Below are positions 37,471-44,994 of a stretch of 54,998 nucleotides of DNA, one piece after another; the stretch's first letter is position 1, and the number at the start of each line of letters is the position of its first letter. The translations under genes were made by a program, and so were the position numbers. This DNA is from Pseudomonadales bacterium (GTDB taxonomy: Bacteria; Pseudomonadota; Gammaproteobacteria; Pseudomonadales; Azotimanducaceae). Location: positions 6,626 through 61,623 of the forward strand of contig JANQYP010000051.1 in NCBI GenBank assembly GCA_030728785.1. Reading direction: 5' to 3'. The notes under the pieces were generated by a model. It was not told the origin of the DNA, searched no databases, and was given only the letters and a program-made list of their open reading frames with translations.

Positions 37471-37516
37471 GCAATTTCCTGTGAGCTATTTCCTGTGAGC
37501 AATTTCCCGTGAGCAG
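37468..37516 (+). repeat. 14-bp tandem repeat (tgagcaatttcctg x3.4) spanning the stop of the 108-aa gene and the GTG start of the PhyH gene
   Basis: Direct reading: units at 37468-37481, 37482-37495 and 37496-37509, partial unit from 37510. Confidence 0.9.
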
Positions 37517-38435
37517 CGCTGTCGCAAGATCCGATTTGTTAACGACTCGGCAAATGGCCCAGTTTGTTGCCAGAGGCTTTCTGCGTTTTGACGAGCTGGT
37601 ACCCGAGGCGTTAAACACAGCTTTGATGGCGGCAATTGCCGCCGATGAAGTGGCCGGCCATCCTCCCGGGACGCCTCTGGCGGATTGTTACGAGGATTGC
37701 GCGCCCATCCGCAACCTGCTGCAGCTACCCGCAGTGCGCGGCATTATCCAAAGCCTGGTGGGTGCCGAACCGACCTTTGACCATCACGCCATTCACCATT
37801 GTCCACCCCGCCAGGAGCGGGCTCAGGACACTCACGCCGATTCCATTATCGATATGCGGCGGGGTGCTTTTGATATCCAGATCATGTACTACCCCCATGC
37901 GGTGACGCGGGATATGGGTGGCACCCGGTATATTCCCGGCAGCCATTTTCGGCGCATTAATGAAATGGCTATTGCCCGTTACCAGAATATTCTTGGCCAG
38001 CAGCATGTGGTCTGCCCGGCGGGAACCTTGCTGGTGATGCATCACGGGATCTGGCACGGCGGCGGCTGCAACCGCAGTAACGAATCCCGCTATATGCTGA
38101 AAATTCGCCTTAATCCGACCCAGCGCCAGACCCTGTTGTGGAACACCGACGATCTGATTGATGCGTCCGCCGGTCCCAGTGCCATCTTTGCCGCAGATGC
38201 CTACCGCCATACTGACCGAGTACAGACCATCTTCGAGCGTCCGGAAAAATGGTTTCCGCTGGATGAGAGTCGACTTGAAACTGTGAACCGGATTCGACTC
38301 TGGCGGCACCTTGTGGGGGATGCCAGTTTTGACAGCCACTACTGGCTGACCCGCGTGGAAAACATTCCGGGCTGCGATCAGTCGGGCCGCGAACGGTCGG
38401 GCTGCGATCAGTCGGGCCGCGAACGGTCGGGCTGA
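37509..38435 (+). CDS. Phytanoyl-CoA dioxygenase (PhyH) family Fe(II)/2-oxoglutarate oxygenase
   Basis: 308 aa. LTTRQMAQFVARGFLRFDELV N-terminal block, HADS (HxD) iron motif, and later HHGIWHGGGCNRS. The C-terminus carries a duplicated decapeptide. Confidence 0.7.
   Translation: MSSAVARSDLLTTRQMAQFVARGFLRFDELVPEALNTALMAAIAADEVAGHPPGTPLADCYEDCAPIRNLLQLPAVRGIIQSLVGAEPTFDHHAIHHCPPRQERAQDTHADSIIDMRRGAFDIQIMYYPHAVTRDMGGTRYIPGSHFRRINEMAIARYQNILGQQHVVCPAGTLLVMHHGIWHGGGCNRSNESRYMLKIRLNPTQRQTLLWNTDDLIDASAGPSAIFAADAYRHTDRVQTIFERPEKWFPLDESRLETVNRIRLWRHLVGDASFDSHYWLTRVENIPGCDQSGRERSGCDQSGRERSG
38369..38435 (+). repeat. 30-bp in-frame tandem repeat (gggctgcgatcagtcgggccgcgaacggtc x2.2) encoding GCDQSGRERS x2 and the stop codon
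   Basis: Direct reading. Each 30-mer is itself two diverged 15-mers and matches the reverse complement of the 31096-31143 repeat at 27 of 30 positions. Confidence 0.9.
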
Positions 38436-38495
38436 TATTGTCCTGCCGTGCGACAGTGACCGGCAGTTTTTTGAGCACTGAACAGGAGCATAAGC

Positions 38496-39092
38496 ATGGA
38501 AATGACAACCATCGTCGCGTTGGTGATTATTGTTGGTCTGGTGGTATTTGCCATTGCCATATACAACCAGTTGGTGGCGCTGAAAAACCGTTATAAAAAT
38601 GCCTTTGCGCAGATTGAAGTACAGCTCAAACGCCGTTATGACCTGATTCCCAATCTGGTGGAAACTGCCAAGGGTTATCTGGCACACGAGCGTGAAACCC
38701 TGGAGGCTGTTACCAAAGCCAGAGACGCCGCAGCGAACGGTTTGGCTGATGCGGCACGTGATCCCGGCAATGGCGAGGCGCTGAAGAAACTGGCCAGCCA
38801 GGAACAGGCTCTCGGCGGTGCCATGGCGAAGCTGAATTTAGTCATGGAGGCCTATCCGGACCTGAAGGCGAACCAGAACATGATGCAGCTTGCCGAAGAG
38901 CTGTCCAGCACAGAGAACAAGATCTCTTTTGCCAGGCAGGCGTTTAATGACCAGGTCATGGGTTACAACACTTACCGCCAGTCTTTTCCGAATGTCATTC
39001 TCGCCAACTTTTTTGGCCACGGCAGTGATGCCCAGTTGCTGGAGTTTGCCGACAGCGCTGCCATTCAGGACGCACCTGGCGTGTCCTTCTAG
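38496..39092 (+). CDS. lemA: LemA family membrane protein
   Basis: 198 aa with an N-terminal TM. YNQLVALKNRYKNAFAQIEVQLKRRYDLIPNLVETAKGY is the characteristic LemA block. SD aggag. Confidence 0.9.
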   Translation: MEMTTIVALVIIVGLVVFAIAIYNQLVALKNRYKNAFAQIEVQLKRRYDLIPNLVETAKGYLAHERETLEAVTKARDAAANGLADAARDPGNGEALKKLASQEQALGGAMAKLNLVMEAYPDLKANQNMMQLAEELSSTENKISFARQAFNDQVMGYNTYRQSFPNVILANFFGHGSDAQLLEFADSAAIQDAPGVSF

Positions 39093-39107
39093 GCGAGGTT
39101 CGAGCGC

Positions 39108-41015
39108 ATGGATTTTTTCCAATCCCAGGACCGTGCGCGACGCAACACAAAGCTGTTGTTAGGCCTGTATGTGGCCGCCGTAGTCTGCATTATTCTGCTG
39201 ACCAATGTGCTGGTTGTAATGGTTGGTGGCTTGCAGACTTCCGCCAGTATGGGTGGCGCTGAAACAGGCTTCAGCTGGGGCTTGTTTTTGGGGGTCAGCC
39301 TGCTGGTTGTCATGATGGTAGGGTTAGGCAGCGCCTATCGCATTCACGCCTTGTCCAAGGGTGGCTCCGTGGTGGCTGAAATGCTCGACGGGGAGTTGCT
39401 GCTGGATGCCGGTGGCGATCTCGAAAAGCGCCGTTTGCTGAATGTCGTCGAAGAGATGGCCCTTGCGGCGGGCACGCCTGTACCGCCCGTGTACCTGATA
39501 CCGGACGCCGCCATTAACGCCTTTGCGGCTGGCTACTCGCCAGGGGATGCTGTTATCGGCATAACCCAGGGGGCCCTGCATAACCTTAATCGCGACCAGT
39601 TGCAGGGTGTTGTGGCGCACGAGTTCAGTCATATCCTCAATGGCGATATGCGCCTGAATATCCGCCTGATGGGTGTTCTGTATGGCATTTTGATGTTGGC
39701 GGTGGTGGGGCGGTTGGTGTTGCATGGCAGTCGGGGTCGATCCAGTTCCAAGCGCGATGGCGGCGGCGCCATCCTGGCCATTGGCCTGGGCCTGTTGGTG
39801 CTGGGTTATGTCGGCAAGTTTTTTGGCTCTCTGATCAAGGCGGCAGTGAGTCGTCAGCGCGAGTATCTGGCTGATGCCTCGGCGGTCCAGTTTACTCGTT
39901 ACCCGGCTGGTATCAGCGGCGCGCTGAAGCGTATTGGTGGTTATGAGTCGGGTTCGGTGCTGCAGCACCCGGAAAGTGAGGAGCTGAGCCACGCCTTCTT
40001 TTCTTCTGGGGTGAGCTTTGCCTTTGGCAGCCTGATGTCGACCCATCCGCCACTTGAGGAGCGTATAAGGCGCCTTGATCCTGGCTGGGACGGCGGTTAT
40101 ATCACCCAGGTCATGCCTGATCGAAGTGAGTCGGCGCCCAAGCCTGAGGTGGCAGGTATGGCCTCAGGTTTTGCCGGTGGCGGTGTACATACAGGTGTAC
40201 GTATAAATGCCGAGCAGGTATTTGACGCCATGGGCCAGCCAGGTGCCGCACAGTTGGCGGAGGCGCGCCATGTGCTGGCGGCGATCCCCCAGGCCTTGTT
40301 GTCTGCCGCTCGCCAGACTTATTCAGCCCGCGCGCTGGTCTATCTGCTGTTGCTGGATCAGGTGCCCAGTGTCAGGGCAGTGCAGATGGCCCATCTGGCA
40401 GGCGCTGCTGATGCGACTGTGGTCGACGCCTTGAACAAGATGTTGGCGCAGGCTGCTGGTATTGAGCTGTTTATGCGTTTGCCATTGCTGGAAATAGCCA
40501 TGCCGGCGCTGCGCCAGCTCAGTCACAGACAGTACACAGTGTTTATGGCTAATATCGACGTTCTGATTCGGGCCGATAAGAAGCTGGGTCTGGGTGAGTG
40601 GGCCCTGCAGAAATATGTCAGTAAACATCTGGGGGAAGCCTTTGAGCAGCGTCATCGCGCGCCGCGCCACCTGGATCTGGCGGTGGTGCGGGATGACTGT
40701 GCGCGGCTTCTGTCGGTCCTCGCCTACACCGATGCCACGTCAACAACGGTGCCTGCAGAGGCCTTTGCCATGGGACAGGCGCAGCTGGGTATGGCGATGG
40801 TGCTGCTGGCAAAGGCTGATCTGGGGGCGCGGGCGCTGGATGCAGCGGTTGATAACCTGGCGGAACTTCGTCCATTGCTGAAGCCCAGATTGCTGAAGGC
40901 CTGCATTGCTACCATCACCGCTGATGGCATTGCCACAGCCCAGGAAGTCGAGTTGGTGCGAACCATTGCCGATGCTCTTGACTGTCCGATGCCGCCGATT
41001 GTGCTGCAGAGGTAG
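39108..41015 (+). CDS. M48-family zinc metallopeptidase (HtpX-like) with a long C-terminal helical, TerB-like domain
   Basis: TM segments flank HEFSHILNGD (HExxH), with a downstream Glu in REYLADASAVQFT. The C-terminal ~250 aa ends in ITADGIATAQEVELVRTIADALDCP. Confidence 0.85.
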   Translation: MDFFQSQDRARRNTKLLLGLYVAAVVCIILLTNVLVVMVGGLQTSASMGGAETGFSWGLFLGVSLLVVMMVGLGSAYRIHALSKGGSVVAEMLDGELLLDAGGDLEKRRLLNVVEEMALAAGTPVPPVYLIPDAAINAFAAGYSPGDAVIGITQGALHNLNRDQLQGVVAHEFSHILNGDMRLNIRLMGVLYGILMLAVVGRLVLHGSRGRSSSKRDGGGAILAIGLGLLVLGYVGKFFGSLIKAAVSRQREYLADASAVQFTRYPAGISGALKRIGGYESGSVLQHPESEELSHAFFSSGVSFAFGSLMSTHPPLEERIRRLDPGWDGGYITQVMPDRSESAPKPEVAGMASGFAGGGVHTGVRINAEQVFDAMGQPGAAQLAEARHVLAAIPQALLSAARQTYSARALVYLLLLDQVPSVRAVQMAHLAGAADATVVDALNKMLAQAAGIELFMRLPLLEIAMPALRQLSHRQYTVFMANIDVLIRADKKLGLGEWALQKYVSKHLGEAFEQRHRAPRHLDLAVVRDDCARLLSVLAYTDATSTTVPAEAFAMGQAQLGMAMVLLAKADLGARALDAAVDNLAELRPLLKPRLLKACIATITADGIATAQEVELVRTIADALDCPMPPIVLQR

Positions 41016-41128
41016 CGACTGTCGCTGCCAGAGTGCAGGGGTAGGCGGCGGCGAAGGTTGGCGCGACACGCCGCTGGTGTCGACATTTGCCCCTGTGCCT
41101 GAGGACCTGGCGTTGATCCAGGCTTACT

Positions 41129-41968
41129 TCAGATACTGGTGCTTTGGGTCTTGGCATGAACCAGGCTGAATGCCTTCAGGCCTGGCACCTGGGCCTGCAG
41201 ATTTTGTTCTGCAGTCTGTAGCTCTGCCATTTGTCCGCACAGGTTGCTGGCCCGCCCTTGCAGGGCGCCAGTGCGCGACTTGATCCTGGTTTCCAGTGCT
41301 TCACCCAGATGCTCGAAGCGCTTGGTGAAGCGTTGCAGGCGCTCATCGAGGCTGCCTTCGCCAGCTTCGATAGTCTGGCCCAGGTCCATGATGAGGGTGC
41401 CGATACTGCTGGCCACGGCTGACGCCATGGCTGCCTGCAGGTCTGAACTGATTTGGTCGAGGGCGGCCCCGGATAAATCAGCGCTGTCGCCTTTGAGCAT
41501 AACCACCTGACCCTGATGCGCCAGTCTGGCGTCGATTGCAGCTCGAAAGTCTGCAAGGGCCAGGCGCAGTGCGGGTGGTGGTGCAGTGCCCACCAGGGTC
41601 GAGAAACTCTCGCTGACCGCGGTGATGCCTATTTCAACGGCCTCAAGCGCTATGTCAACCACAGCCGGAATGGTAGTTCGAAGCTGTTGTCGGTAGGCGT
41701 CAACCAATGGCTGCTGGCGCGGGCTGATGGTGATGAGCTGGTCGTTGACCAGTAGCTGGTTGTCAGCTTTAAGCAATAACCGCTCGCCATCAGTATTGGT
41801 GACCTGAATGTTCTCTGCATCCATGGTGACATGGCTGTTGATGGTCAGGTGACAACTGTCGGTGTATTGACTGTTGGTGAAGATGTCTGCAGCCCGGGCA
41901 TGGGCACTGGCGGCAATCATCAACATGCAGGCATAACAAAAGGTGAGGGTCAGCAGCGCTTTTTTCAT
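41129..41968 (-). CDS. YggN-like (DUF2884) periplasmic protein
   Basis: Signal peptide MKKALLTLTFCYACMLMIAASAHA. The pattern C-HLTINSHVTMDAENIQV...LLLKADNQLLVNDQLITISPRQQPLVDAYRQQLR matches my recollection of E. coli YggN. Confidence 0.55.
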   Translation of the reverse strand: MKKALLTLTFCYACMLMIAASAHARAADIFTNSQYTDSCHLTINSHVTMDAENIQVTNTDGERLLLKADNQLLVNDQLITISPRQQPLVDAYRQQLRTTIPAVVDIALEAVEIGITAVSESFSTLVGTAPPPALRLALADFRAAIDARLAHQGQVVMLKGDSADLSGAALDQISSDLQAAMASAVASSIGTLIMDLGQTIEAGEGSLDERLQRFTKRFEHLGEALETRIKSRTGALQGRASNLCGQMAELQTAEQNLQAQVPGLKAFSLVHAKTQSTSI

Positions 41969-42118
41969 AGTGGTGTTGTCAGTTAGTGGTCGTGATTGAC
42001 TCACAGCAAGTTACAGGCCAATAAGCCTAAGCTATTGATATAAAACGCATGACCTGCCGCTGTTGGCGAACCTCGCCACCTAGGGGTGGTGCTGTCGACC
42101 AGAACTTCACCTTGTCTT

Positions 42119-42484
42119 CTAACGGCTATCGACACTGACGCTAATGACACTCAGCTCTGTTTGCACTTGTTTGACGCCCTTGTAGTCCCGAGCAATCTTC
42201 ACGGCTGTGTCTTTCTGCTGGGTGGAGTAAACCTGGCCACGCAGGGTCACAACCTGCAGGTAGGTATCGACATTGATATCCAGGGCTTTGATATCTTTGG
42301 AGCGCAGCAAGCGGGTTTTAATACCGGCCGTTATGGCCGCATCGTCTGCAATCTGGCCAACGGTGCGCTCATCGGTGCCCAGCATATAACCCCCCGCAGC
42401 GGCGCCGCCGGCTACCACGGCAATACAGCCGGATAAGAGGCTTGAGCAAACCAGCATAAGCAGGACCAAGCGAGCGTAGCGCAT
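42119..42484 (-). CDS. BON-domain lipoprotein (OsmY/DolP-like)
   Basis: Lipobox LLSGC, Gly/Ala-rich linker, then a BON block DINVDTYLQVVTLRGQVYSTQQKDTAVKIARDYKGVKQV. The start was set at MRYARL. Confidence 0.8.
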   Translation of the reverse strand: MRYARLVLLMLVCSSLLSGCIAVVAGGAAAGGYMLGTDERTVGQIADDAAITAGIKTRLLRSKDIKALDINVDTYLQVVTLRGQVYSTQQKDTAVKIARDYKGVKQVQTELSVISVSVDSR

Positions 42485-42549
42485 AATAATACCCGAGTAA
42501 TTAGCGATCCTTATGGTAGGCCAAATAAAGGGACTTAGATACTGCCGCA

Positions 42550-44247
42550 CTATTCCCCCGCCGGCAACCAGGCCAGGACTTTCGGGTACATGGGGGCGGG
42601 TACCGGCCCCGCTGCCAGCAACCCTTGCCAGGGAGTCGCCTGGGGCAGATTTTTGATAGCCAGCATGCCGAGATAGGGTGCCAGCATGGTCGCCGGCGAA
42701 AATCTCACTTCGTCCACCAGCTGTGCCGCAGCGTTTGCTGCGACTGCAGTATTGGCCAGCAGGAAATCAATGGCTTGCTGCCGCGGCCAGCCTAGTTGAT
42801 GTATACCCGTGTCGATCACCAGCATGGCCGCCAGCTGGACATTGAATGTCAGTACACCGAGGCGGGCGCTTGGTTCATCGGCAAACAACAGGTTTGTCAG
42901 GTACAGTGCCCAGCCGGCAAAGTGTGCGGGGTCTTCCGCCTGACCGAGCAGACCAGAAAGCCTGTCGGGTTGGTGTACTACCAGGTGCAGGCCAGGGATG
43001 GTGTGATAGCTCGTGCGAGCAACGAGTTCCCGTTGGTTGGGTGCGCTGGCAGCTTCAAAGTTGACCACTACGCGAGCAACATCAGTTTGACTCTGCAGGT
43101 AGGCAAAGGCCTGACGGCTTGTTCGCAGCTGGGGTGTTGCGGCAACGATATCCAGGTCTGGCAGCTGTAACGTCGCCAACCAGGGTGACAGGGCGCTGCT
43201 GCTGGTCGAGACTTGCTCCGCCATGGCCGACAGGTACTGCTGGCGAGCTGCTGGGTCCGACCCTGGTGTAAGCGTTGCAGCGCGAATGGTGTCGAACAGG
43301 GTCTTGTCGGTTTGTTGTTGGTACTGCCATGCGCTGCTGATGGCCTGGCGCAGGTCGGCAACAGCCGCCAGGCCAAGGTCATGGACAGCCTCGGCACTGA
43401 GGCTGTTGGCGCTGAAACGCCGCAGGCGATACTGGTAATACGCCGGATCAGCCGCCACAGCCAGGTTGGCCGCGCGGCAATCCATGGTCTGCTGCAGCTT
43501 GTCGAGTGCGGGCAGAATGGTTTCCTGCAGCCGTGCCTGCACCTTTGCGAGGCTGCTGGCCCGCGCCGCCGCCGGCATGCCTGCCTGCTGCAGGTGTTGC
43601 CCCAGCTCTCTTGTCAGTAAACCGGGTTGCAGCATATGGGTAATGTCGGCGCTTATTCCTGCACACTCGGCCGGGCTCAGGCCGGCACGCAGTTGCCAGG
43701 GTTGGCCCAGACTTTTTCCCAGTTGAGCTAGTTCTTCCAACAAGTTGTCGGTGTTGCGGTGTGGGTTAGCGGCAAAGTCGTCGAGCAGCTGCCACAGGTC
43801 CAGATGGGGGCCGTGATAGGGCGACAGGGCCTTGTCGGCTCGGCCAAAGCGCACCTGCTGTTGCAATAGCAAATGGCTGTAGTCCAGCAGTTGCAGGCGC
43901 AACTGGTTCCCCGGGTCGAGCAGCCTGCGGTCAATGCCGGCAATCTGTGCCTGGTAATAATTGAGGATGCCAAGTTTGTCATTGGCGCTGTTGAGGACAC
44001 TGTACTGCAGTTTGAGGTTGGGGCTGGAGGCTTCGGCAAACTCTTGGCGCAGCTGGTCCAGCAGGCGCTCGGCTATCTGGTTTTCAAAGTCCTGAAGCAG
44101 ACCCGCAGATTGTTTTGCTGCGGTCGCAGTGGCGCCGGTGCTGGCGCGGCTTGGCCCTGGCCAGAGTGCTATTGTCAGCAGGGTTAGCAGGGTCAGCAGC
44201 AGTGGCGTCAGTAAACCGTTCCGCAGTTTTTGCCGATACTCAGGCAA
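42550..44247 (-). CDS. DUF885-family protein (secreted), apparent TTG start
   Basis: 565 aa with a signal-like LLTPLLLTLLTLLTIALWPGPSRA. The overall helical pattern and the region SYHTIPGLHLVVHQ correspond to the family HE..PGHH.Q block, but in degenerate form. Confidence 0.5.
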   Translation of the reverse strand: MPEYRQKLRNGLLTPLLLTLLTLLTIALWPGPSRASTGATATAAKQSAGLLQDFENQIAERLLDQLRQEFAEASSPNLKLQYSVLNSANDKLGILNYYQAQIAGIDRRLLDPGNQLRLQLLDYSHLLLQQQVRFGRADKALSPYHGPHLDLWQLLDDFAANPHRNTDNLLEELAQLGKSLGQPWQLRAGLSPAECAGISADITHMLQPGLLTRELGQHLQQAGMPAAARASSLAKVQARLQETILPALDKLQQTMDCRAANLAVAADPAYYQYRLRRFSANSLSAEAVHDLGLAAVADLRQAISSAWQYQQQTDKTLFDTIRAATLTPGSDPAARQQYLSAMAEQVSTSSSALSPWLATLQLPDLDIVAATPQLRTSRQAFAYLQSQTDVARVVVNFEAASAPNQRELVARTSYHTIPGLHLVVHQPDRLSGLLGQAEDPAHFAGWALYLTNLLFADEPSARLGVLTFNVQLAAMLVIDTGIHQLGWPRQQAIDFLLANTAVAANAAAQLVDEVRFSPATMLAPYLGMLAIKNLPQATPWQGLLAAGPVPAPMYPKVLAWLPAGE

Positions 44248-44388
44248 ACTGTCAGTGTTGTTATGACGGCGCGCTGCAGGTTCTGCAGGAATCGAAGGCT
44301 GGCTGCGGATAATGGTCCTTCCCGTGACTGATTAACGTGTTCTAGCCCCGGGCCTCAATGGGCATGGGATTGGGTGCTGGCACAGGGC

Positions 44389-44991
44389 CTATAACCTTGT
44401 CTCAACGGCACTGACCATTTCGCCGAAGGCGGCGAGGCCTTCCTCGCTTGATGCCAGCAGGCGCTGGCTGGCGCGAATAAACGCCGGGTCTTTTATGGAC
44501 CGAAGATTGACTAACAGGTTCAATCTGGATGATTGCAGACACGATAGCAGCAGGCTGGCGGCGATACCGACATCGGTAATCAGGTTCTTGTTACCTGTGT
44601 CACATAACTGTTGCGCAATCGGCAGCAGCGCCAGTGCCGCCCTGATCATCGCCATGGGAGCCGCAGCGGCAGTCTGCAGGGCCGCCTGCAGTGCCTGTTG
44701 TTTATGTTGTTTGGCTGCGGCATCGGTGGCGCTCAGGCCATAGGCTGCCATCACCGCGTTAAAGCCCTGGATGTCCTGCTCGGCAAGGTCCAGGTAGTGG
44801 TTGCGACTGGTCTCGCAGGTGGCAATAATGGCCGCCATAAGTGTCGCCTGGTCTTTGCTGAATTCGGCCACCATGGCCAGCAGCGCCGCCGCCTGGGCGC
44901 CAGATATGCCCGCAGCAGCGCCCCCGCCGGGAGTAGAAAACTTGCCTGCCAGGTGTTGCAGGTAATGGCTGATGGTTTGTTGGGCCAGCAT
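44389..44991 (-). CDS. Cyclodeaminase/cyclohydrolase (FTCD_C, Fch-type) family protein; probable methenyl-THF cyclohydrolase
   Basis: 200 aa. STPGGGAAAGISGAQAAALLAMVAEFS is the family hallmark. It starts 3 nt after the upstream dehydrogenase stop. Confidence 0.75.
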   Translation of the reverse strand: MLAQQTISHYLQHLAGKFSTPGGGAAAGISGAQAAALLAMVAEFSKDQATLMAAIIATCETSRNHYLDLAEQDIQGFNAVMAAYGLSATDAAAKQHKQQALQAALQTAAAAPMAMIRAALALLPIAQQLCDTGNKNLITDVGIAASLLLSCLQSSRLNLLVNLRSIKDPAFIRASQRLLASSEEGLAAFGEMVSAVETRL

Positions 44992-44994
44992 GGG

